Sequence record: AP025967.1
Length of the DNA: 64,000 nucleotides
Direction: 5' to 3' (one strand)
From: a plasmid
Shown one piece after another: positions 50,585-60,494 of this stretch. The translations under genes were made by a program, and so were the position numbers. The number at the start of each line of letters is the position of its first letter. Positions within the stretch are counted from its first letter, which is position 1. The notes below the pieces were generated by a model. That model searched no databases. It saw only the letters and a program-made list of their open reading frames with translations, and had not been told where the DNA came from.

Positions 50585-51493
50585 TTATTCACATAGTTTC
50601 ATATATACTATTGTATATTTTTTTTGCGTATTACCTAAAATTTTTGCCCAACCAAGTTTGGCAGTATTTTCTTCTCCTAACACAAACTTCATTTCTGAAG
50701 AATAGTTGATTTTAAGATATAAATCAACACAAAATTCATTATTTGTTAAAAACATTATACTATTTTTTAAATCATCGTGTTTGGTTCCATTGGGCATAAA
50801 TTTAACCGCTTCTTGATATGAAATATCCTTTATATAGATCGCTATTTTGTTTTGATAAGAGATAAATTTATCGCCTAATATGAAATTATTTCCTAAAATA
50901 TTGTTCTTTATTCCTAAGTTATTTTTTTGCGAATTTGAAATTAAAATTTGATGGGGTAAATTTTCAATAATTGATAATTTATCCTTAAGTTTAAAATTGA
51001 CTTGTAAAACTCTTTCAATGTGTGTTTTAGGTCGTCTTAAACTTAGTAGTAAAGGTGCAAATGGTAAATATTTTTTTGCAATATCGTATTCTTTAATTCC
51101 CAACATGCTAAATAAAATTTTTGAAATAGAATCTTTAAAATTTTCATTAAAAGATCGTGGATAATTTTTTAAGCTTATTACATCAAAAAATATCCAAAGC
51201 AAATAATGATTAAAGAAATCAAAGAATAGAGTCCAACCTTGATCGCCATCTTCATTTCTTGACAGTTTATCTAGCATAAATGAAGGAAGTTGTGAAGAGA
51301 CTCCATGTAGCCCCATGAAATTTATAAACAATTCTATAACTGATTGTTCGTGTTCTGAAAAAATGATTTTTTCTATATCTTTATTTGGATGTTTTAAACT
51401 TTTATTTGTTCTTAAAAATATATTCTTTCTTCCATAGTCTTTTTCTAATTTTTTTATTAATTTAAAAAAACTATATGAAGTAAGATTATTCAT
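50585..51493 (-). CDS. tssG: T6SS baseplate protein TssG
   Basis: 302-aa ORF overlapping tssF by 4 nt, in the conserved tssE-tssF-tssG order. Assigned by position and size. Confidence 0.6.
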   Translation of the reverse strand: MNNLTSYSFFKLIKKLEKDYGRKNIFLRTNKSLKHPNKDIEKIIFSEHEQSVIELFINFMGLHGVSSQLPSFMLDKLSRNEDGDQGWTLFFDFFNHYLLWIFFDVISLKNYPRSFNENFKDSISKILFSMLGIKEYDIAKKYLPFAPLLLSLRRPKTHIERVLQVNFKLKDKLSIIENLPHQILISNSQKNNLGIKNNILGNNFILGDKFISYQNKIAIYIKDISYQEAVKFMPNGTKHDDLKNSIMFLTNNEFCVDLYLKINYSSEMKFVLGEENTAKLGWAKILGNTQKKYTIVYMKLCE

Positions 51494-53211
51494 ATTAAAG
51501 CTTTTTTTCCAAAAGAAGCAGGGTAATGTAAAATTTCTTTTGAGTCAAGGCATCTTATTTTTAACTCACAAAAGGAGTTAATATTAGCAAAAGAAGCTAA
51601 AAATTTAGATATAATCAATCCCAATAAATATACCTCGCCTAAAGTGTAAAACTTCGAATCTTTAATACTAAAAATAGCTAAGGTCCCTTTTTTTGTGATA
51701 TTTTCATCTATTAAATAAGTGCTTTTACTTTGAATATCGATTATAGATTCTTGCAAAAGCTTATAAATCTTCCAATTTGATTGATTATCTAAAAAGCTAT
51801 AGCTTTCCAACACACCAAAAAAAGCTTTTTTGCTCAATATTGTTTGATATGAAAAAGATAACACAGAAACAAGCTTCCATAATAAATTACCATCAACACT
51901 ACATCTTCTTGTTTCGCTTGGAATTTCCACATTTTTGGTATCGACACCTTTTAGATCGCAGGTATTAATATCACCTATTTTTAATTTTGAAGGTAAATCT
52001 CCATTGGAGCACAAAAGATCAATACTTATAGTTTCATCCATTATATAAGAGGAAAAGAAAGAAATTTCGCTAAATACCTCTCCTTTGGAATTCTTTTTAG
52101 TATTTACGCTATAAAAATCCTTTTGATTATCTTTTAAAAATTCAAAGCGTTCAAAACTTTTATAGTTTTTTAATAACCTTTTGCCGCCTTCACTATTATG
52201 TGCTTTAACCTGTAGTGTCTGTATGATTTCGTAAGCTTTAGGTTGGCTTCTATCCACAAAAATTCTATAACTATCTTTTTTGTGATTATTTATAAGAGGT
52301 TCTGCACTTTTTGTAAAGATATTGATAATAGGTGTCATGCTTAAAGAAAGTAATTCTTTTCTAAAAATACAATTTGCAGGAAATGGTTTAGAGAATTTAA
52401 ATTCAATATTAACTGTCTTTCCTTGACAATTATTTAAAATATCCAAACCATTGATTCTTAAAAAATTAAATTTATGTGGCATGAAAAAATATTCTCTTAG
52501 TAAGGAAAATGCTTCAAAACCTAAATCATTATAAGATAAACTACTTTCATCTGGATTCAATCCTATTTTTTCAATATTATAGGTATTAAGAAAAAATTCT
52601 TCATCAGTATCTAAACTTTGAATTTTTAATTCTTTTAAATAAGAATGCATGTATAATAATAAAGTACTAGACATATAGGGATCATTGCCTAGATATAAAT
52701 TAATTTTCTCCAAACCCAAATCACATATTTTTGTTTCTGCCTTATTGACTTGCAAAGTTAAATTGAAAGTATAATCTTGATTTTTACTAGATATAAAAAC
52801 TTCGCTGATGGAGATAGAATAAAGATAAACATCATATACTGTTTTAAATTCACAAACACATTTGTCTATTGGTTTTGATTTAATAAGAGTTCCTTTGGGA
52901 ATAATTAAATTATTTTCTTTACTATTTTGTTCAAATTTAAATTCTTGCATGCATAAAGAAGGTAAAGGATTTGTATAATTTGGAGAAACAATATTAATCA
53001 AAGATTCTGCAATGTGTGGCATATTTTCATCAAGCTCTTGATGGATTTTAGAGCTTAAAATAGCTAAATTTTCAATAATTCTTTCTATATCAGGATCTTT
53101 GCTATCATATGCCAAAAATGGTGTTAACTTTGGATAATTTTTTATAAAATACTCTCTTTTTTCATATAGATATTCAAGCTCTTTTTGATAATAAAAAATA
53201 TTATCCTTCAT
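51490..53211 (-). CDS. tssF: T6SS baseplate protein TssF
   Basis: 573-aa ORF overlapping tssE and tssG by 4 nt each. Assigned by position and size. Confidence 0.65.
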   Translation of the reverse strand: MKDNIFYYQKELEYLYEKREYFIKNYPKLTPFLAYDSKDPDIERIIENLAILSSKIHQELDENMPHIAESLINIVSPNYTNPLPSLCMQEFKFEQNSKENNLIIPKGTLIKSKPIDKCVCEFKTVYDVYLYSISISEVFISSKNQDYTFNLTLQVNKAETKICDLGLEKINLYLGNDPYMSSTLLLYMHSYLKELKIQSLDTDEEFFLNTYNIEKIGLNPDESSLSYNDLGFEAFSLLREYFFMPHKFNFLRINGLDILNNCQGKTVNIEFKFSKPFPANCIFRKELLSLSMTPIINIFTKSAEPLINNHKKDSYRIFVDRSQPKAYEIIQTLQVKAHNSEGGKRLLKNYKSFERFEFLKDNQKDFYSVNTKKNSKGEVFSEISFFSSYIMDETISIDLLCSNGDLPSKLKIGDINTCDLKGVDTKNVEIPSETRRCSVDGNLLWKLVSVLSFSYQTILSKKAFFGVLESYSFLDNQSNWKIYKLLQESIIDIQSKSTYLIDENITKKGTLAIFSIKDSKFYTLGEVYLLGLIISKFLASFANINSFCELKIRCLDSKEILHYPASFGKKALI

Positions 53212-53600
53212 TTAACCTCGCAATATCTATTGTTTTTAAAGATGATTTCTATATTAAATTCTTTAAAACGATCATCCTGAAAAAAACATTTTACAATAAA
53301 AGAAAGTTGCCAAGGACTTAAATTGTTATCATAAGTGATAGAAACTACACATATTCTTTTTTCATAGTTATCAATTAGTTTTCTTATTTCCTTAGCCATT
53401 GATACGCATAATTCATTAGAGTTAAGATTAATATCAGCCATATTAGGCATTCCCAAATTTTTTACAGCATAACAATCATTAATTTTTACATTGAGCAAAA
53501 CCTTTATATTGTTTTTTACATCCTCAAAATCATTTTGATAGAATGGAATATGAATGTTTTGCTCATCTAAATTATGGATCAGTTTATCTAGCAAGGACAT
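53208..53600 (-). CDS. tssE: T6SS baseplate protein TssE (gp25-like)
   Basis: 130 aa. SLLDKLIHNL...VKNNIKVLLNVKIND pattern of gp25/TssE. Sits between tssC and tssF. Confidence 0.7.
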   Translation of the reverse strand: MSLLDKLIHNLDEQNIHIPFYQNDFEDVKNNIKVLLNVKINDCYAVKNLGMPNMADINLNSNELCVSMAKEIRKLIDNYEKRICVVSITYDNNLSPWQLSFIVKCFFQDDRFKEFNIEIIFKNNRYCEVK

Positions 53601-53602
53601 TA

Positions 53603-55057
53603 TTATTCTTTATCTAATTTTCCTACTAAAGAAAGTTCAAAATTACCGCCCATATATTTAAAATGAGGTCGGACACTTAGCCCTATTTTATACCATCCTG
53701 GCTCTCCTGGTATATCACTAACTTTCACTTGTGCTGCTCTAAATGGACGACGACTTCTTACTTCAGAAGGTGGATTTTCTTGATCGGAAATATATTGTCT
53801 AATCCATTCATTAAGTCCATTTTCAATATCGCTTCTTTCTTTCCAGCTCCCTATTTCTTCTCGTTGTAAAACCTTTAAATAGTGCGCCAATCTTGAAATT
53901 AAAAAGATATATGGAAGTTGAGTTCCTAATCTGTAATTTGTTTCAGCTTCTTTACCTTCTGGGGTATTTTGAAATAATTTTGGTTTTAACGGAGAATTTG
54001 CTGAAAAAAATGCTGCATTATTACTATCTCTTCTTAATGTTAAGGTTATAAAACCTGCTTCAGCAAGTTCATACTCTCTCCTATCTGTAATCAAAACTTC
54101 TGTAGGTATTTTTGATTGTATAGTTCCAAAATTTTCATAAAGATAAGTAGGCAGATCCTTAACAGTCCCTCCACTTTTTGGTCCTATAATATTTCCACAC
54201 CATCTATATTTAGCAAAGCTTTCTGTTAATCTTGTACAAAAAGTATACGAAGAATTAGCCCACAATAAATGATTATGCGAAGCATGAACATTTTCTTTAT
54301 AATTAAAGCTTTTAATAGGGTTTTCTTCAGGATCATAAGGGCTTCTTGCTAAAAATCTTGTCACTAGTAAGCCTGTATATTTAGAGTCTTCATTTTCTCT
54401 AAAAGTTCTCCATCTTGTATATTGAGGACCTTCTAGCAAACCTTGCAAATCTTGAATATTCGCAAGTTCAGAATAATCATCAAGCCCAAAAAATTTTGGT
54501 CCAAAAGATGTTAAAAAGGGAGAATGACTCATAGCCGCAATACTAGCCATTTTATTTAAAAAAGTCATATCAGGACTTGCTGATCCAAGTTGATAATCTC
54601 CAATGATTGCTCCTACAGGCTCTCCTCCAAATTGTCCATATTCTGAAGAATATATATTTTTATAAACAACGCTTTGTGTTATATCTGGATTGTTTTCAAA
54701 ATCCTCTAAAGCTTCTTCTTTTCTTATATCAAATAGGTCAATTTTTATATTTTCATTAAAATCAGTTCTTTCAACTAGAAATCTAAGTCCACGCCAAGTA
54801 GATTCAAGTTTTTGAAATTCTTCATTATGTAAAACTTCATCCATTTGTTTTGAGAGTAAATAATCAATATGGGCTATCATTTCATCAAGTGCAAATTTAT
54901 TGATTTTTTCTTCAGCATTGTCGCTTTTTACAATTTCTGAAATAAATTCAGCAACACCTCTTTTAGCAATACTATAACTTTCATCGGTTTTAGAGTATTT
55001 GCTTTTCTCCATAATTTGTTCAATAATTGGCATATCAACTGCTTTAGTATTTGCCAT
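53603..55057 (-). CDS. tssC: T6SS contractile sheath large subunit TssC (VipB)
   Basis: 484 aa. Recognisable VipB-like sequence throughout (for example WRGLRFLVERTDF, GPKSGG). Immediately follows tssB. Confidence 0.85.
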   Translation of the reverse strand: MANTKAVDMPIIEQIMEKSKYSKTDESYSIAKRGVAEFISEIVKSDNAEEKINKFALDEMIAHIDYLLSKQMDEVLHNEEFQKLESTWRGLRFLVERTDFNENIKIDLFDIRKEEALEDFENNPDITQSVVYKNIYSSEYGQFGGEPVGAIIGDYQLGSASPDMTFLNKMASIAAMSHSPFLTSFGPKFFGLDDYSELANIQDLQGLLEGPQYTRWRTFRENEDSKYTGLLVTRFLARSPYDPEENPIKSFNYKENVHASHNHLLWANSSYTFCTRLTESFAKYRWCGNIIGPKSGGTVKDLPTYLYENFGTIQSKIPTEVLITDRREYELAEAGFITLTLRRDSNNAAFFSANSPLKPKLFQNTPEGKEAETNYRLGTQLPYIFLISRLAHYLKVLQREEIGSWKERSDIENGLNEWIRQYISDQENPPSEVRSRRPFRAAQVKVSDIPGEPGWYKIGLSVRPHFKYMGGNFELSLVGKLDKE

Positions 55058-55058
55058 C

Positions 55059-55544
55059 TTAATTTCCTTGCTCTTCTTGTTTAATTTCTAAAAGTAATTT
55101 TTCTTTAGTTTTTTCATTTTTTAACGCTTCTAAAACAGCTTTTCTAAAATCAGGAATATTACCCATAGGACCTTTTAAAGCCATTAATGCTTCTCTTAGC
55201 TGCAATAATTTGTTTAGCTCGGGTATTTGTTTAGCTAAGCTATCTGGAGAAAAATCCTTCATACTAGCAATATTGAGCTTAACATCAAGCTCTTCAGCTC
55301 CTGTTCCAAGAGTGTTTTTTACGCTAAAACTTGTTGTTATATTGAGTTTTCTCATGACTTGATCAAAATTAATCTTATTAATTTGCAAAATTTCTCTTTC
55401 CTCTAAAGGAGTTTCGTTTTTTCCTTTTAAATTTGCCATTACCATTAATTTTAACGGCAACTCCACATCCTCATTTTGTCCATTAGTTTTAGCTTTATAT
55501 GTAATATTAATCCGCTCTTTTGGAGCATAAGATCCATCTGACAT
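55059..55544 (-). CDS. tssB: T6SS contractile sheath small subunit TssB (VipA)
   Basis: 161 aa. KERINITYKAKTNGQNEDVELPLKLMVMANLKG matches the VipA/TssB N-terminal signature. Confidence 0.85.
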   Translation of the reverse strand: MSDGSYAPKERINITYKAKTNGQNEDVELPLKLMVMANLKGKNETPLEEREILQINKINFDQVMRKLNITTSFSVKNTLGTGAEELDVKLNIASMKDFSPDSLAKQIPELNKLLQLREALMALKGPMGNIPDFRKAVLEALKNEKTKEKLLLEIKQEEQGN

Positions 55545-55612
55545 TTAAAATCCTTAAAAACAAAATTTTTAGTTTAATAATTATATTAAAATTTACTAAA
55601 TTTAATCTTGTA

Positions 55613-56860
55613 TCACTTAATTTTACTTTTTGCGTTTTCGTATTCTTCGGCTAGATAATCTTTTAGTAGAGTTTTCTCCATTAACTCTACTAAGTATATA
55701 TTTAAAATTTTAGAGTTCTTTTTCATTCCTTTTGATTCAAAAATTTTTACCATATCTAGCAAGGAATTAATATTATTCATAATAGAATTATTAAAATTTT
55801 CTTTATCAATATTCATCAGCATTTGCTCAAAATCTTGTAATGTATGTTCTTTGTCAGTTTTTTTACTTGAAAAAAAACTTTTTTTATTTTCTTTGGATTT
55901 AACAAAATATTTATAAACTTCTTCTTTGCAGATAAAATCACCATTTTGAAAACGGAGAAGTTCAATAGTATCAAATTTAGAAATAAAATCACTTGTTAAT
56001 ATTATAAGAATGTCTAATTGTTTATTTTTTTTCTTTTTTTCTAAAAAATCACAAAAGAGTTGTACACCCTCTATCCAAAAAGGATTTAAAATAAGTTCAT
56101 GCATAAAACATTTAATATGTTCTATATCATTTTCTTTATCAGAAAGTAATATGCGAATTATATCTGCATCAGGTTTTCTTATTTTAGTAATTTTTTCATT
56201 ATTACATTCAGGCAAACACCTGATTTTTCCCCACATTGCTTGGGTGAATAAAGCGTAGATATTGAGATTATTTTCATCCTCTTCCAAAAGCTCAAATGCA
56301 AGTTTTTGATAAAAATTTTTATATTCTCTCTCGTTTAAAGAGTTAATATTATCGCTTCTAATGTTTACAGATACTTGAGTTACAGGAGATTTTGGAAGTT
56401 GTGGTGCAACTTGAGCAATTTCAATTTTTGCAAAATTGCAAGATAGTAAATTTTCAAATTCGGAAAATAAAGTAATAAATTGATTAACAATCTCAGATGA
56501 TATAAGCACTTTTGTTTTATTGTATTCTTGAATAAAATTTTGAATAAAATTTTGAATTTTTCGCTTTTGAGCTAATATATAAGCATTATTTTCATCTATA
56601 AGTTTTTTTAAATGTTGAAAAAGAAGCAAAAGCTTTTCAAAGCATTCTTCATTGTTTAAATTAAAACACGATAAAAGAAAATAGTTGCAAATTTTAAAAT
56701 CTAAAGAATGATTTAATAATATAAACTGAGAATATTGATAAACTTTATCCCAAGAAATATTTTCATGGTTTAAAGTCTTATATTTTGACATCTCATCTTC
56801 AAGTAACTGAAATTCTTGTAGTTCATCTAAATTATTTTTCAATTGATCACAAAAATACAT
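55613..56860 (-). CDS. tssA: T6SS TssA-like protein (ImpA N-terminal domain family)
   Basis: 415-aa ORF upstream of tssB. Assigned mainly by position and size. The N-terminal region is compatible with an ImpA_N domain. Confidence 0.5.
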   Translation of the reverse strand: MYFCDQLKNNLDELQEFQLLEDEMSKYKTLNHENISWDKVYQYSQFILLNHSLDFKICNYFLLSCFNLNNEECFEKLLLLFQHLKKLIDENNAYILAQKRKIQNFIQNFIQEYNKTKVLISSEIVNQFITLFSEFENLLSCNFAKIEIAQVAPQLPKSPVTQVSVNIRSDNINSLNEREYKNFYQKLAFELLEEDENNLNIYALFTQAMWGKIRCLPECNNEKITKIRKPDADIIRILLSDKENDIEHIKCFMHELILNPFWIEGVQLFCDFLEKKKKNKQLDILIILTSDFISKFDTIELLRFQNGDFICKEEVYKYFVKSKENKKSFFSSKKTDKEHTLQDFEQMLMNIDKENFNNSIMNNINSLLDMVKIFESKGMKKNSKILNIYLVELMEKTLLKDYLAEEYENAKSKIK

Positions 56861-56985
56861 TTAATTCCTCCAAAAATTTGCCTCATTATAATTAAATTTT
56901 AAAAAATATTATGTTAATTTTTTAAAAAATTTACTCAATTAATCATAAATTATATATTCTAAGATAGAAAGGATACTTTAGTTTC

Positions 56986-57432
56986 ATGTTTTGTAAAAAA
57001 AGCTTATTTTTTTTATTGCCACTATTCTTTTGCGCTTGCTCAAGTGTTGTTAGTGTTAAGATAAATAATGTAGAGAATTCCAATCTTAATAATAGACATG
57101 ATGATGTTCCTGTTACGGCTATTGTATATCAACTTAAGGATATTAAAAAATTTGAAGAAGCAAGTGATATAGATTTGGCTACTAGAGAAGAGGGGGTACT
57201 AGGCAAGGATAAACTTGATTCTATTAAAACGCAAATTGCACCTAAAGACAATATTATCGCGGTTAAAGTAGATGAAGAAGAGGTTCCTTATGTAGGCATT
57301 CTTGTATTATTTGCAAATAATACAAAAAAAACAACAAAAATATGGGCAAAGACCGAAGATGCAAATGGGTTTGGGAAGAATAAGTATTTAAAATTTGAAA
57401 TATCCAAAGAAGGTATCAAAAGAATTAAATAG
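56986..57432 (+). CDS. tssJ: T6SS outer-membrane lipoprotein TssJ
   Basis: 148 aa. Signal peptide with lipobox-like LFFCAC-S. First gene of the tssJ-tssK-tssL operon. Confidence 0.65.
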   Translation: MFCKKSLFFLLPLFFCACSSVVSVKINNVENSNLNNRHDDVPVTAIVYQLKDIKKFEEASDIDLATREEGVLGKDKLDSIKTQIAPKDNIIAVKVDEEEVPYVGILVLFANNTKKTTKIWAKTEDANGFGKNKYLKFEISKEGIKRIK

Positions 57433-57441
57433 GAATAATAT

Positions 57442-58839
57442 ATGGCAAATAAATTAAAAGTTGCTTGGTTTGATGGACTTAATATTGGACAAACCCATTT
57501 TGAGCAGCAAGAAAGATTTTTTAATAGAAATATAGATCTTAAAACTATAAATATATATAGTAATTTATATGGAATAATAGACTTGGAATTTTCTCAAGAG
57601 ATGTTATTGCAAGGAAAAATTGCACTTTCTAAAATTTCAGGTATCGCACAAGATGGAAGCATTTTTAATGCACCTGAGCAAGATTTGTTGCCTGAGCCTA
57701 TTGAAATCAATTATGAATCTTTAATTGATTCAGTTGTGGTATTAAAAATTCCTATCGGAGTTACTGATATTGCTGATTTATCTTTAAGAAATACTTTTCC
57801 AAATTCAAAGTTTATATGTCTTAGAAATAGTATTGCTTTAAGAAATTATGATGATTCAAAATCTAATGTAATGGACAAAATTGAAGATGAGTACGAACTT
57901 GAAAATCTGACTTTTACACAAGAGAAAAAAGATTTACTTCTTGCTAGTTTAAGACTAAAACTTGGCATTTTAGGTAATTCAACTCCTGATGAACTTGAAT
58001 TACCAATTGCAAAAATTAAAAATATTGATATCAATAAAAAAATTGAATTAGAAAGTGATTTTATACCCACTTGCTTAAATATCAGCAAAATATCTACCAT
58101 AAGATCCTTTTTGGAAGAAATTATTTTTTCAATCAATCAACATAAAAAAGTTCTATCTAATGTTTTTAAAGGAATCGATCAAACAAAAAATACATTGGAT
58201 TTTGGCACTTTTTTATCCCTTAATCTTTTAAAAAAATGGTATTTAATATTTTCACATCTATCAAAAAAAGATAAAATACATCCTGAATTTTTATACGAAA
58301 AATTTTTAGAATTTCAAGGAGAGCTTGCAGCTTTTAGCAACGAAGAATCTTTTTTAGATTTTATTCCTTATAAACACGATAATCTTTATAATACTTTTTT
58401 AAATATGATGAATAATCTAAGATTGTTATTTTCTAAAATCACAAGCCCTAAATATTTTATAGCTAAGACCAGTATTAACGGCAATGGTTTTTATGATTTT
58501 ATTTTTGATAATTCGGGAATTTTAGAAGAAAGTGAAATTTATTTCGCAATCCGTGCAGATGTTACTACAGAATATCTACTTAATAATTTTAAAATTCAAA
58601 GCAAGATACATACTCAAAGTAAAATTAAAAATATAGTCGCAACTCAGCTTGAGGGCTTAAATGTAGATCAAGTACCTAATGTTCCATCTAGCATTCCTTA
58701 TTTAAATGGTTATGTTTATTATAAATTAGATAAAAGAGATCAACTGTTTAAAGATTTTAAAAATGAAAGTATCATTAGTATGTACTTGACCAACAATATA
58801 AAAAACCCTGATATTATAATGTGGGCGGTATTTCAATGA
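57442..58839 (+). CDS. tssK: T6SS baseplate protein TssK
   Basis: 465 aa. N-terminal VAWFDGLNIGQTHFEQQERFF matches the TssK pattern (pv.W.eGm.l.PqHFQqqdR). Confidence 0.75.
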   Translation: MANKLKVAWFDGLNIGQTHFEQQERFFNRNIDLKTINIYSNLYGIIDLEFSQEMLLQGKIALSKISGIAQDGSIFNAPEQDLLPEPIEINYESLIDSVVVLKIPIGVTDIADLSLRNTFPNSKFICLRNSIALRNYDDSKSNVMDKIEDEYELENLTFTQEKKDLLLASLRLKLGILGNSTPDELELPIAKIKNIDINKKIELESDFIPTCLNISKISTIRSFLEEIIFSINQHKKVLSNVFKGIDQTKNTLDFGTFLSLNLLKKWYLIFSHLSKKDKIHPEFLYEKFLEFQGELAAFSNEESFLDFIPYKHDNLYNTFLNMMNNLRLLFSKITSPKYFIAKTSINGNGFYDFIFDNSGILEESEIYFAIRADVTTEYLLNNFKIQSKIHTQSKIKNIVATQLEGLNVDQVPNVPSSIPYLNGYVYYKLDKRDQLFKDFKNESIISMYLTNNIKNPDIIMWAVFQ

Positions 58840-59609
58840 AAGAAATAAATGAAGAAAAAAAGGCATTAAGCTTACTTCTTGATTCAGATTTTGATGGTTT
58901 AAAAAACAATAAAATTATTGATTATTCTTTGGAGTTGCTTTTGCTTTCTTATAGACTTTCAAAAATAAGCTCTATGGATACAAGTAGTATTAATCAACTT
59001 AGAGAAACATTGATTAATAAAATTTTAGATATAACCGCTAAATTAAGTATATGTAAAGAATATGATGAAAAAGAAATTATTAAATTCAAATATTGTCTTT
59101 GTGTCTTTATAGATGAAAGCTTAATGAAAAATGAACTTTTTATTAATTTTTGGGCTCACAATACTCTAACTGTAAGGTTATTTGATGAAACTTTAGGCGG
59201 AAATAATTTTTATGATATTGCATCATCTTGGATTAATAACCCTTTTAAGTTTAAAGATTTTTTGGAATTTATCTATGCTTGTTTAATTCTTGGTTATAAA
59301 GGAAAATATAATGAGACTAAGGATAGAGATGAAAAAATAATTCATTTTTGCAATAATATTGCCACATCTTTAAAACCGGTTTATAAGATAGAAGAAGAGT
59401 TAGCTTTTAATAAAGCATATAAAACTGGTTTGAAAGAAAATATTTGGCAAAAATTTATAAGATTGTATTTTAAAAAACTTATTATCGTTGTGCCAGTATT
59501 GATTATATTAGGAGTATTAAGCTATTCAATTTTCAATTTAGAAACTAATAATCTTAAAGTGGATAATAATATATCCGTATTGATAAAAAATTTAACACAT
59601 ATAGAATAA
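58821..59609 (+). CDS. tssL: T6SS membrane-complex protein TssL (DotU-like) with C-terminal TM anchor
   Basis: 262 aa. Overlaps tssK by 19 nt. DotU-like LILGYKGKY segment. TM helix near the C-terminus (IIVVPVLIILGVLSYSIF). Confidence 0.6.
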   Translation: MGGISMKEINEEKKALSLLLDSDFDGLKNNKIIDYSLELLLLSYRLSKISSMDTSSINQLRETLINKILDITAKLSICKEYDEKEIIKFKYCLCVFIDESLMKNELFINFWAHNTLTVRLFDETLGGNNFYDIASSWINNPFKFKDFLEFIYACLILGYKGKYNETKDRDEKIIHFCNNIATSLKPVYKIEEELAFNKAYKTGLKENIWQKFIRLYFKKLIIVVPVLIILGVLSYSIFNLETNNLKVDNNISVLIKNLTHIE

Positions 59610-59863
59610 ATATACTAAATTTTTTAAATATCAATTTATTTGTTATGAGTAAAATTAAATAAAAATTGTTTTACTGCTAGAATAAAAATCAAATGTAAAA
59701 CCTATAAAAGGATAAAAATAATATAAAAACAAGCTTTAATTATGCAAATTATTAGTACAAATAAGTATAAGGTCGTATCATAATTATGCCATGGATATAA
59801 TTCACGATACAATCCCAACTATAATTATGTATTTTAGTCAGGATTATTTAAGATAAATTATAA

Positions 59864-60379
59864 TTAAGCTTTGCCCTCTCTCCAATCATCACTTCCGCTA
59901 GTTCCAGCAGCAGTATGTTCCCAAACTACTTTTCTATAGCTCATTGAAACTTTTAAAAGCTCGGTTTTATCATGATTACTTGACTCTTGCGCATTTGGCA
60001 TTATTAATTCAATATTTGTAATAATTGCATCTTCCAATTTTGTAGTAAAAAAATGTTCAGATCCGCCACTTGTTGCGGTTCTAAACCAATGAACTTCGAC
60101 TGTTGGAAGTCTTTCTCCTTTGGTAAGTGCATTATATAGCAAAGGCACAGATTTATTTAATGAACAAGTAAAAGAAAAAGGCTTATGAACTCTTTGTCCA
60201 GAAGGTTGTCCGCTTTGCTGATCAACAGGTACGGTTACAATATGAGATACCTCTTGAGCCATGATTTCATCTTCATGACCCGATTTATATCTATTGCCAA
60301 TACTCGCTTCAGTAGATGCACCGCTTGAAATCAAACCTTGCGTGGAACCTTCAATTTTTATAAACGCTGGTTCAGCCAT
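59864..60379 (-). CDS. hcp: T6SS tube protein Hcp (TssD)
   Basis: 171 aa. MAEPAFIKIEGSTQG...HKPFSFTCSLNKSVPLLYNALTKGERLPTVEV is a classic Hcp, recognisable as Campylobacter Hcp. Confidence 0.9.
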   Translation of the reverse strand: MAEPAFIKIEGSTQGLISSGASTEASIGNRYKSGHEDEIMAQEVSHIVTVPVDQQSGQPSGQRVHKPFSFTCSLNKSVPLLYNALTKGERLPTVEVHWFRTATSGGSEHFFTTKLEDAIITNIELIMPNAQESSNHDKTELLKVSMSYRKVVWEHTAAGTSGSDDWREGKA

Positions 60380-60494
60380 AAAAAAACTCCTTTAATTTTT
60401 TTTAACATTCAAAATTGTATCATTTTAATCTTAATCTATTAAATTTTTGCAAAATATTTGCATATTAATTTGTTTTTACTTTACTAAGGAATAA

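Noticed and set aside
45225-58136. ORFs 45225..45500 (+), 46788..46979 (+), 51777..51968 (+), 56010..56258 (+), 57846..58136 (-)
   Set aside because: They are embedded antisense in the effector-fragment, zinc-ribbon, tssF, tssA and tssK genes respectively.
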